From Bacilli bacterium (lineage in GTDB: Bacteria; Bacillota_I; Bacilli_A; RFN20; CAG-826), in contig JAFVCC010000037.1 of the NCBI GenBank assembly GCA_017479485.1, positions 1-61,030 of the forward strand: a stretch of DNA of 61,030 bases, written 5' to 3'. Below are positions 10,256 to 19,132 of the stretch, piece after piece (positions within the stretch are counted from its first letter, which is position 1; each line of letters opens with the position of its first letter). The position numbers and the translations under genes are program-made. The notes beneath the pieces were generated by a model. The model was not told where the DNA came from, made no database searches, and was given only the letters and a program-made list of their open reading frames with translations.

Positions 10256-10984
10256 ATGGATTTCACAACGAGAAGCGAGATGATACTGGGCAAAGAAAAC
10301 CTCGACTTACTCGCTATGAAAAGCGTCGCGGTCTTTGGACTAGGCGGCGTGGGCGGAGCCGCAGTAGAAGCGCTAGCGCGAGTTGGGATCGGCACGTTCT
10401 ATCTCGTAGACCCAGACTCCTTTAACCGAAGCAACATCAACCGTCAGCTTTTGGCCACGGAAAAGACCTTGGGCCAAAAGAAAGTCGATGTTGCGCGCGA
10501 GCGCATCCTTTCCATTAATCCAAACGCCAACGTCTTCACGTATCCCGTTTTCTATTTGCCGCATCAAGATACCGCTTTAGATTTTCACAAATTTGATTAC
10601 GTCATCGATGCAATTGATACCGTCACCGCGAAGGTGGACATCATCCGACGCTGCAAAGAAAACGGCATTGGCATCGTCAGTTGCATGGGGTGCGGAAACC
10701 GCATCGATCCGAGCAAACTTCGCGTCGAAGACATCTATCGCACTCACGACGATCCTTTGGCCAAAGTCATTCGCCAAAAGTGCCGCCAGATGGGTATCGC
10801 GTCTTTAACCGTGGTCTATTCCGTTGAAGAGCCACTTATCCCATTATTTAAAATCCAAAGCGATTCCGCGACGCGCCGTGATGTTCCAGGCTCCACCCCA
10901 TTTGTCCCACCGGTCGCTGGTTATCTATTGGCTCAAACGGCCGTTATGGACATGCTGAAATTCGATCCGAACAATCGAAAATAA
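10256..10984 (+). CDS. tcdA: ThiF-family tRNA threonylcarbamoyladenosine dehydratase
   Basis: GLGGVGG, SNINRQL, DAIDTVTAK, DPLAKVIR, PGSTPFVP. Confidence 0.85.
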   Translation: MDFTTRSEMILGKENLDLLAMKSVAVFGLGGVGGAAVEALARVGIGTFYLVDPDSFNRSNINRQLLATEKTLGQKKVDVARERILSINPNANVFTYPVFYLPHQDTALDFHKFDYVIDAIDTVTAKVDIIRRCKENGIGIVSCMGCGNRIDPSKLRVEDIYRTHDDPLAKVIRQKCRQMGIASLTVVYSVEEPLIPLFKIQSDSATRRDVPGSTPFVPPVAGYLLAQTAVMDMLKFDPNNRK

Positions 10985-11064
10985 CTTTCGCGAAAAACTT
11001 TTCACTCCTTTAAGTGGTTTTTAAGTTGCCTTCCTATCGTAGAAGCATACAGGGAGGGAACGAC

Positions 11065-12768
11065 ATGAAACACAAAACCTACCATTCCATCATTCTGCTG
11101 CTCGGGTGCGTCTTACTCGCCTCCTGCGGTTCTAATGGATCTAGTTCGACAAAGAACGTCTCAATCAGCGCGAATAGCGTCTCTATCGCTTCGGATACCG
11201 TCCAAGGAGATTTCTCACTCTCGACGGAAGATGGCTCCGTATCTACATCGGATAACGTTTACACGATTTCTGCCGCTGGCACATATACGGCGACCGGAAA
11301 GCTAGCCGACGGCATGATTTATGTTGCCGCGGGAGAAGAAGACGAAGTGGAAATCGTTTTTAACGGAGCGTCGATCACGAACTCCACAAATTCCGCAATC
11401 TTCGTCGAGAGCGCGGGCGAAGTCAAAATCAAAGCGAAGAACGGAACGAGCAATTTTGTTACTGATTCCCGATCGGAGCAAACCACTGAAGATGACTCTC
11501 AAGGACCTGCGGCCATTTATGCGAAAGCGGATTTGAAGCTTGCCGGGCAAGGCGCGTTAACGGTCGTCGGCGGATACAACAACGGCGTTCATACCTCCGA
11601 TGATTTGGAAATCAAAAATCTAACCCTAACGGTTACCGCGCCGAATAACGCGCTTAAAGGAAATGACTCGCTTTCCATTTATAGTGGGACCGTGAATGCG
11701 ATTTCGACATCTGGGGACGCATTAAAGACAACGAATTCGGATATTTCGAGCACGACTTCCAAGCAAAGAGGGAACATTGAAATCAGTGGTGGTACGCTTA
11801 ATCTCTATGCTGGCGGCGATGGCATCGATGCGGCCTATAACGTCTTGGTTTATAACGGTGTCAGTGAGGATGATCCTACCCTAACCCTCGTCCCGCAGAT
11901 TACGATTCGCACGAACAAGTATTCCTCCTATTCTTCGTCTTCGGTCTTAAATAGCGTCGTCACTGACCTCATGACGGTAGAGAACGTATATCCAGGTCCT
12001 GGTGGCGGTTGGGGTCCAGGCGGTGGAGCGGTACCGGGCGAAGACACAAAGACTGCGGATAAGGCTGATGGCTCCGCGAAAGGCATCAAAGCTGCGAATG
12101 CGATTTACGTACAAGGCGGGGTCACCGATATCGCTGCCTATGATGATGGCATCCACGCGAATTCTGGCGATGCCCTAGAAAATGGCTCCAAAGGCGTTGG
12201 ACTCATTGAATTCGATGGCGGCACGACCAACATCGTCGCTTCTGATGATGGCGTCCATGCCGATGGAACGATCAACGTGAAGTCGGGCTCGGTATACGTC
12301 AACGAATCTCATGAAGGGATCGAAGGCAATATCATCAACATTCTTGGGGGACGCGCTGTAGCTTACGGAACCGATGATGGAGTGAATTCCAGCAAGCAAT
12401 TAAACGTCAGCGGCGGTTACCTCTTCGCCGCGGTTCCGAGCAGCGGAGACACTGACGCGATCGATTCCAATGGCAGCATCTCCATTACCGGAGGCACCGT
12501 AATTGCCGCAGGCCCGAACAACCAAAACGCCGGCGCCGTGGATGCTGATGGAACGGTCACCGTAAGTGGGGGAACGCTGGTTGCCTTCGGTTACGCCGCG
12601 CCAAGAAACACGTCTCTAACGCAGTCATCGAAATCGGGTACCTACGGTGGAAAGGCATATACGTTGACGTTTACTAACGGGAAAATCGAGACAGAAAATC
12701 TTTCTTGGAGTGGCTATTCAAACTGCACTTGTTACAGCGAATTAGGTAGTATAACCAGCATTTCTTAA
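11065..12768 (+). CDS. Second Cthe_2159/DUF4353-type lipoprotein
   Basis: Lipobox LASC; same motif series as 2562..4808; start after GGAGGG. Confidence 0.8.
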   Translation: MKHKTYHSIILLLGCVLLASCGSNGSSSTKNVSISANSVSIASDTVQGDFSLSTEDGSVSTSDNVYTISAAGTYTATGKLADGMIYVAAGEEDEVEIVFNGASITNSTNSAIFVESAGEVKIKAKNGTSNFVTDSRSEQTTEDDSQGPAAIYAKADLKLAGQGALTVVGGYNNGVHTSDDLEIKNLTLTVTAPNNALKGNDSLSIYSGTVNAISTSGDALKTTNSDISSTTSKQRGNIEISGGTLNLYAGGDGIDAAYNVLVYNGVSEDDPTLTLVPQITIRTNKYSSYSSSSVLNSVVTDLMTVENVYPGPGGGWGPGGGAVPGEDTKTADKADGSAKGIKAANAIYVQGGVTDIAAYDDGIHANSGDALENGSKGVGLIEFDGGTTNIVASDDGVHADGTINVKSGSVYVNESHEGIEGNIINILGGRAVAYGTDDGVNSSKQLNVSGGYLFAAVPSSGDTDAIDSNGSISITGGTVIAAGPNNQNAGAVDADGTVTVSGGTLVAFGYAAPRNTSLTQSSKSGTYGGKAYTLTFTNGKIETENLSWSGYSNCTCYSELGSITSIS

Positions 12769-12782
12769 CCATTTCCGCAACC

Positions 12783-12817
12783 ACGCTGCCCTAATGCGTT
12801 CGAGGGCAGCGTTTTTT
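12783..12817 (+). terminator. Intrinsic terminator
   Basis: ACGCTGCCCT...AGGGCAGCGT followed by T run. Confidence 0.75.
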
Positions 12818-12896
12818 AATTGACGAAAGGGAAATAAAAAAACGCTTGGATATCGCTGTTGCTATATGAAGTTCTCTAGAACATAATAAAGTAAAT

Positions 12897-14282
12897 ATGC
12901 GTTACACGTTTTTCTTCGAGAGCGAGCATCCAAAAATCTTTGCGGCTATTGCGTCCTATAGCGCCGGTATTTTGGCGCAGCGTAGCGTGAGAAACATTCG
13001 CTATTTCAATGGAGAACTGAAATTTTTATTTCTTACTGCTGGCAGTTCCAAGGAAATATCGGTTCTGCTCGACGACGAACGCTTCGATATCGAGCAGTAT
13101 GATCTCGTCGAACGAAATGTGATTTCTTTTGCCATCCGTTCTTTGGCCCGCGCCGATGAAGTCGACGCCCAAACCGTGAACGCGAATTATGCGACCCAGT
13201 TTGCATTAACAAGCGCCTTCCGTACCTTGCAAGCTTTCCTTGGAGGCAGACGATACGTCGCGCTTTGCCGCGATATGATCGATATGAACATGGACAAGTG
13301 CCTCCGCCCTTATATGTATGAGGATTTGGTGAGCAACATGTTCGTTTGCTTTAACAAAAGCATTGGCAAAGACCTTTATGGATTACTAGATTCCATCAAG
13401 GAGACCCTTGAGGAACTCCATTTTGATGAAGAAGAGCTTCGTCGCATCAATTCCGTGGTCGGAAATAAAGGTTCCTTTGACGGATACCATCATTTCGCTT
13501 TGTCTGTGCTTGCCTCGGAAAAACTTGGACCCGCGATGCGTCACATGATTGTCGATGCTTATGTTCCGCTACGTTTCAACGGCAAAGAAACCTCGCCATA
13601 TCTTTCTTCGGACTTGTTCCCGTTCTTTTCCGACGAGGAATTATGCACGTTGTTGATGAACTTGCCTCGAGGCATGAAGGAAACGGTTCGTGAAATTTTT
13701 CAATTCCTTGGCCCTGATGCGGATGCTAAGTTTGCCTCCGCATATAGCAAGAACGTGAACAAGGATCCGGAAATCTTGATGTCTGCACCATGCTTCCCAA
13801 ACTTGCCCACAGAAGTCAAAGCAACGCTGGTGCGTGGAAAGGTGTTCACACCCAAGGCGTCAAATCTAGAAGTAATTCACTATTATGAAACCCTGCAAAA
13901 CGAGGACGAAAAAGATCAAATATTGAGGTTCTGCGAAGATTTTGGTCGTGACGAGTTAAAGAAAGCCTTGCTCGGTAAAGACTTTATTCCAAACCAGTTT
14001 AGCCTTGCAGACCTCGTCGCCTTATCGAGCCATGTCAACTATGGCAGCGCGGTTATGGCCCCGCGTATCAAATCCTACGTGTCGCGCTACATCAGTTTGG
14101 AGATGCCAAGCAATGACCTAGATCAAATTCTCTTGGCTTTAGATGGGGCGGAGTTTCTGCCGCTGATGCAGACGGCGATCTTCCGAGATTGCTTCTCTAG
14201 TCCGGTTGCCCGATTGATCATTGCCGAAAGATATGGCCTTCTGAGCCGTCTGGGTTTAAAGGAGTGGAAGTACCATGATTAG
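12897..14282 (+). CDS. Hypothetical protein overlapping the SNF2 gene
   Basis: 461-aa ORF, 8-bp overlap with next gene; no recognised motif. Confidence 0.7.
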   Translation: MRYTFFFESEHPKIFAAIASYSAGILAQRSVRNIRYFNGELKFLFLTAGSSKEISVLLDDERFDIEQYDLVERNVISFAIRSLARADEVDAQTVNANYATQFALTSAFRTLQAFLGGRRYVALCRDMIDMNMDKCLRPYMYEDLVSNMFVCFNKSIGKDLYGLLDSIKETLEELHFDEEELRRINSVVGNKGSFDGYHHFALSVLASEKLGPAMRHMIVDAYVPLRFNGKETSPYLSSDLFPFFSDEELCTLLMNLPRGMKETVREIFQFLGPDADAKFASAYSKNVNKDPEILMSAPCFPNLPTEVKATLVRGKVFTPKASNLEVIHYYETLQNEDEKDQILRFCEDFGRDELKKALLGKDFIPNQFSLADLVALSSHVNYGSAVMAPRIKSYVSRYISLEMPSNDLDQILLALDGAEFLPLMQTAIFRDCFSSPVARLIIAERYGLLSRLGLKEWKYHD

Positions 14283-17200
14283 TTCTTTTGTTCCAGAATC
14301 CCGTTGGCTGGACCTCGAAGGCGACATCAAGCAGGACGTCTTGCGTTATTACCGCGACCTTTTTGCCCGTGGGGTGGTCCACGTTTATTATGCCTTTGGC
14401 CAAAACGGTCTTCGCTTTGAATGCTATTACGAGAACGACTATGGAAGATGCTTCTTTTCTCTCGCTGGCGAGCTAAAATGCGCTGCGACTTCGTTAAGCG
14501 TTGCTTTAGCGTTATTTATTCGTGACCAAGAAGCGCATGCCGATGAGCCTTGGCTGCGGCGCTTATATGGGGCGGACTATGACACCTTATCGACGCTTGC
14601 TTCTTTGGGGCCGGGCAAGGCCAAGGGATATTTCGAGGCGTCTCAGAAAATCGACGAATTGGCTTACCGCATTGGCAAACAAACAAAACTAGCGACGCGC
14701 CAAAAGCCCAAACTACGCTTCGTTTTAGACCTCGGCGGGACCAAGACCAGCGTCTCGCTTCGAATTGGCTTTACCAAGCTATACATCAACCGCAAAACCG
14801 TCGCCTTCTTGCGCGACTATTATTCCGGGAATGCTCTGACGATTCAGAAAGAACACGTTGTTCTTCCTGCGGAATCTTTCTCTCCAGAAATCGAAAAAGC
14901 GCTGCAATTCCTCTATAACTCCGTTGCCGGAAGCATGTACTATAGCGCGAATTATCCCGCTGTTTTAAACGAAGACAAAACGGTTCAATTCCTCCTTTTG
15001 CTCCAAGGAATGGAGGTTGACCTTAATGACCTTCCCTGCAAAATCTCTTCCATCCATAGAGTTGAGATGAAGCTGAAAGGGGATGGCTCGATCGATTCCT
15101 CACTGCCTTTGCGGGCGAAGGGGTTAAAGTGCTACGGCAAGTATGGCTATATCCTGACTCCAGGCTGCGTTGAGCTTTATGAGTTCCATTCCTCTGCTGC
15201 GGCGGAAGTCTATTCCTTTTTCTCAGCAAACAAGGGGCTTCATGGCGCCTTCCTCGCAGGCGAACTGGCAAAAAAGGTTTTGCCGTTACTCGACGAAGAG
15301 GACCTCTCCGTCGACGAGGAGTTTGCTCTAGCCCACCCCATTCGCCGACCGCACGTCGATTATTTTGTTTCTCTCGACCTTGAAGGCAACTTGCTCTTTG
15401 AAACGAAACTGTTCCTTGGCGAAGAAGAAATCGACGAAGACGCCTTCCGGGCCTTTAGCATGGAAACGGCACATCGCCTTGAGGATTTCCATGAGGAGTT
15501 ATCTCGTCTAGGCTTCCCCGCTTCGGGTATTCGGAAAGGGGACGAGAGCGTCGTGGCTTTCCTTTCCTCTGATTTCTCCAAGCTGCAGACCATCGCGAAT
15601 GTGTATGTCTGCGAGGAACTGCAAAATCGTTCCGTCAGCGCGTCCCCAAACATCAATATCAGCGCGAGTTCGGGAGAAGACTGGTTCTCGGTGGGCCTAT
15701 ATGCGTCGGGCTATACGGAGGAGGAACTACTCGCGATTTATTCCGCTTTCGTACGCAAAAAGAAATTCGTTCGCTTAAAGAACAATTATGTCCTGTTCGA
15801 CCAAAACAACGAAAGCCTCGTTGCTTTGTCCGAAAGCTTCGCGCCGGAGTTGATTGGGAAGCAGCTCCCCTTATATCAAGCCTTGAAGCTCCCTTCTTTA
15901 GGCGGCGATACGGATGATGCGATCAAGAAACTGATCCACGACGTTCAGGACTATGGTTCTTTGGAACTAGGCCCTTTGCCTAAGCCCATCCAAGAGTCCA
16001 TGCGCCCTTACCAACATAGTGGCATCCAGTTCCTCTTTAACCTGTATCGTCTTGGCCTATCCGGCATCCTTTCGGATGACATGGGCCTAGGAAAAACTCT
16101 GCAATCCTTTGGTTTTTTCTCGCTGATCGAGTCCGATCAACCCATCTTGGTGGTTTGCCCGAAGTCCTTGATTTATAACTGGCTTGAGGAGCGGAATAAG
16201 TGGGCCCCTGAGATGGAAGCCCATATCTTAGTCGGCTCACCCAAGGAGCGTCAGGAAATTTATGCGCGCATGCGAAAGCCGGGCAAGGCGGTCTACTTTG
16301 TATCCTATGATACGTTGCGTAACGATATCGACGAACTCGAAGGCGTCACCTTCAGTGCCATGGTACTCGATGAAGGCCAATACATTTCAAACGCCCATGC
16401 CTTGAAGACCCGCGCGGTGAAGCAAGTGGAAGCGGACTCCCGCTTCGTTTTGACGGGAACTCCGGTTCAGAATTCTTTGATGGATCTATGGTCTATCTTC
16501 GATTTCCTGCTCCCCGGTTATTTCCCACCCGTTTCCAAATTCAAAGAACTCTATGGCGCGCTGGCCTTTGATAGCGATGAAGCTCGGGCGAGGCTGCTGG
16601 TTAAGATCAAACCATTCTTGCTGGGCAGGAAGAAGAAGGATGTCTTGCAAGAACTTCCCGACAAGGAAAATGTCACGATGTCTTTGGGCATGAACGATGA
16701 CCAGCTCAAAGTCTATGAATCTTATTTGGCTAAGGCCCGATTGCTCGTCCATGAGGGAACGGGCGCACGTATGAACCTACTCGCCGCGTTGACAAGGCTC
16801 CGACAGATTTGCGTTTCGCCTTCACTCGTGCTTGAAGGGGAATATTCCTCGGCGAAAGTGGAGTATCTACTCGAAGCTCTAACTGGATTAAAACAATCCG
16901 GGCGTAAAGCCATCGTTTTCTCTAGCTTTGTCAGCGCGTTAGAACTCATCGGAAAAGCCTGCAAGAATGCTGGGATTAACCCCGAATATATTACGGGCGA
17001 TACCTCGGCAAAAGTTCGCGTCATTTTGGCGGACCGCTTCAACAAGCCCGACTCCAATATTGATGTGATGCTCGTCTCGTTAAAAGCGGGCGGCACCGGA
17101 TTAAACCTCATCGGCGCAGACACCGTATTCCATCTCGACCCCTGGTGGAACCTCGCCGCGGAACGCCAAGCGGAGGACCGCGCTTACCGTATCGGCCAAA

Positions 17201-17358
17201 CCAACAAGGTTACGGTCTTTAAGTTAGTGCTTAAAAACACTGTTGAAGAGACGTTGCTCGACTTGCAAAAGAAGAAGGGCATCTTAATCGATATGGCGGA
17301 CGAAGCCTCTGTCGAAGGCGCCTTGACCGAAGAGGACTATCGTTTCTTACTTTCGTGA
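14275..17358 (+). CDS. SNF2-family (SF2) helicase/ATPase
   Basis: DDMGLGKT, LDEGQ, LTGTPVQN, LTRLRQIC, SLKAGGTGLNL, QAEDRAYRIGQ. Confidence 0.92.
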   Translation: MISSFVPESRWLDLEGDIKQDVLRYYRDLFARGVVHVYYAFGQNGLRFECYYENDYGRCFFSLAGELKCAATSLSVALALFIRDQEAHADEPWLRRLYGADYDTLSTLASLGPGKAKGYFEASQKIDELAYRIGKQTKLATRQKPKLRFVLDLGGTKTSVSLRIGFTKLYINRKTVAFLRDYYSGNALTIQKEHVVLPAESFSPEIEKALQFLYNSVAGSMYYSANYPAVLNEDKTVQFLLLLQGMEVDLNDLPCKISSIHRVEMKLKGDGSIDSSLPLRAKGLKCYGKYGYILTPGCVELYEFHSSAAAEVYSFFSANKGLHGAFLAGELAKKVLPLLDEEDLSVDEEFALAHPIRRPHVDYFVSLDLEGNLLFETKLFLGEEEIDEDAFRAFSMETAHRLEDFHEELSRLGFPASGIRKGDESVVAFLSSDFSKLQTIANVYVCEELQNRSVSASPNINISASSGEDWFSVGLYASGYTEEELLAIYSAFVRKKKFVRLKNNYVLFDQNNESLVALSESFAPELIGKQLPLYQALKLPSLGGDTDDAIKKLIHDVQDYGSLELGPLPKPIQESMRPYQHSGIQFLFNLYRLGLSGILSDDMGLGKTLQSFGFFSLIESDQPILVVCPKSLIYNWLEERNKWAPEMEAHILVGSPKERQEIYARMRKPGKAVYFVSYDTLRNDIDELEGVTFSAMVLDEGQYISNAHALKTRAVKQVEADSRFVLTGTPVQNSLMDLWSIFDFLLPGYFPPVSKFKELYGALAFDSDEARARLLVKIKPFLLGRKKKDVLQELPDKENVTMSLGMNDDQLKVYESYLAKARLLVHEGTGARMNLLAALTRLRQICVSPSLVLEGEYSSAKVEYLLEALTGLKQSGRKAIVFSSFVSALELIGKACKNAGINPEYITGDTSAKVRVILADRFNKPDSNIDVMLVSLKAGGTGLNLIGADTVFHLDPWWNLAAERQAEDRAYRIGQTNKVTVFKLVLKNTVEETLLDLQKKKGILIDMADEASVEGALTEEDYRFLLS

Positions 17359-17387
17359 TATTTTGATTCACGTACCCCCTCTTTTTT

Positions 17388-18401
17388 ATGGAAAACACCT
17401 TATCGAAAGCGTTGCTGGAATGGTATCAAAACCATGCCCGCATTTTGCCCTGGCGCAGCGACGTAACCCCATATCATGTTTTGCTTAGCGAAATCATGCT
17501 TCAGCAGACGCGTGTGGATACAGTAGTCCCATATTATCTACGCTTCATCGACCGCTTTCCAACGTTTCGCGATCTTGCGGAGGCGGAGGAAGCGGAAGTA
17601 CTGCTTCTTTGGCAAGGGCTTGGCTATTATTCGCGGGCGAGAAACCTCCATCGCGCCGCAAAGGAGGTGGTCTCCACTTATGGTGGCGACTTGCCCCGAG
17701 ACAAAGACTCGTTATTGCGCTTATCTGGCGTTGGCCCATATGTTTCTAGCGCGGTCCGCGCGATCGCTTTCAACGAGAAAGACGCGGCGGTAGACGGTAA
17801 TCTTATCCGCGTATATGCGCGCCTTAATGCCGCAGTGGTAGACGTCACGAGCGCGAAAACGAAAACTGCGTGCGGCGAGTATTTCCTCGCCCATATGGAA
17901 CAGCCCTCTTCGTTCAATCAGGCCTTGATGGACCTAGGAGAACTCATCTGTCTCCCTCATGGAGCCCCATTATGCGATAAGTGTCCTTTGAAGCAGTGGT
18001 GCAAGGCGTTTCAACAGGGCAACCCCCTAGATTACCCTCCGCCCAAAAAGAAAAACGAGGTGCGCCAAGTACGTCTTTCGGTCTTGCTCGTCACGCCCAA
18101 AGCGGGGCACGTCGCGATTCATAAGCGACCCGATAACGGTCTTCTCGCGGGTTTATACGAATTTCCAAATGTCGAAGGGAAATTCACCTTATCCGCCCTT
18201 CGTCAGCGTTTCCCCTCGTTAGAAAAAATCCAAAAAGTGGGGGTGGAGAAACATCGCTTCAGCCATATCCTATGGACGATGGACGTGTACCGCTGCGAGG
18301 GCGATATGCCGAATGTAATCGTCGTTCCCACAAGGGAAGTGCGACAAAAATATTCGTTGCCTACGGCGTTCGCAAAGCTACTTCCTTATTTGGAAGACTA
18401 A
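17388..18401 (+). CDS. mutY: A/G-specific adenine glycosylase
   Basis: SEIMLQQTRV, WQGLGYYSRARNL, HhH LSGVGPY, DGNLIRV, 4Fe-4S Cys cluster, NUDIX-like tail. Confidence 0.92.
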   Translation: MENTLSKALLEWYQNHARILPWRSDVTPYHVLLSEIMLQQTRVDTVVPYYLRFIDRFPTFRDLAEAEEAEVLLLWQGLGYYSRARNLHRAAKEVVSTYGGDLPRDKDSLLRLSGVGPYVSSAVRAIAFNEKDAAVDGNLIRVYARLNAAVVDVTSAKTKTACGEYFLAHMEQPSSFNQALMDLGELICLPHGAPLCDKCPLKQWCKAFQQGNPLDYPPPKKKNEVRQVRLSVLLVTPKAGHVAIHKRPDNGLLAGLYEFPNVEGKFTLSALRQRFPSLEKIQKVGVEKHRFSHILWTMDVYRCEGDMPNVIVVPTREVRQKYSLPTAFAKLLPYLED

Positions 18402-19033
18402 TCGTCCCTTTTGACCTTCTTCGGCTTTTTCAGGACAAGGTTCCATAAAATGGCGGCGACGGTAAGCGGGGCTCCAATGAGAAAAATCGGCCATAAGCTC
18501 CATCCCGCACCGTCGGACACGAATAAACCGAGGGTAATGTAGACGCTCGCTATTGCGGTCCAAGTCAATGCGATGACCAAAATGGGCCTCCATGCAGTTT
18601 TGCCCCAAATGGCGTTAAAAATCAGCATGACGATAAACGTCGCGGGCGCTCCCCAAAGGAAGCAGATCCAGCCAAAGGAGTTCCATTTGGCTTCACCGAA
18701 GACGACTTGCCCGGTGATAAACGCCATGATAGCGATGAGCCAAACGACCATGACTGCAAGACCGACGATGGTCCATTTGTTGGCAACACGCGCTTCTTCA
18801 TGGATCATTCCTTCCTGTAATTCGGGGTTATCGGTGACGAGATAGTCCAAGGTAACTCCATAGAAGTCACATAACTGCTTGAGCACCTCGATGTCGGGCA
18901 AAGTGTCACCATGTTCCCATTTCGAGATGGATTTATCGGAGTAATTAAAGCGCTCCGCGAGCTCACTTTGGGTGAGGCCACGGGCTTTTCTTAGTTCGGC
19001 CAGGTTTCTGGCGACAATCAATTTGATGGGCAT
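18398..19033 (-). CDS. XRE-family HTH regulator with C-terminal membrane domain
   Basis: LTQSELAERFNYSDKSISKWE followed by about four TM helices; start set at MPIKL. Confidence 0.85.
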   Translation of the reverse strand: MPIKLIVARNLAELRKARGLTQSELAERFNYSDKSISKWEHGDTLPDIEVLKQLCDFYGVTLDYLVTDNPELQEGMIHEEARVANKWTIVGLAVMVVWLIAIMAFITGQVVFGEAKWNSFGWICFLWGAPATFIVMLIFNAIWGKTAWRPILVIALTWTAIASVYITLGLFVSDGAGWSLWPIFLIGAPLTVAAILWNLVLKKPKKVKRDD

Positions 19034-19132
19034 ATGCAGGGTTTTTGCTGTGGCGAGGGGCTCGTATGGCAACAATTGTACCCAAAATTATCGACTCGGG
19101 TATAATTTCTCCCTGAAAGGAGGTTCTCATAC

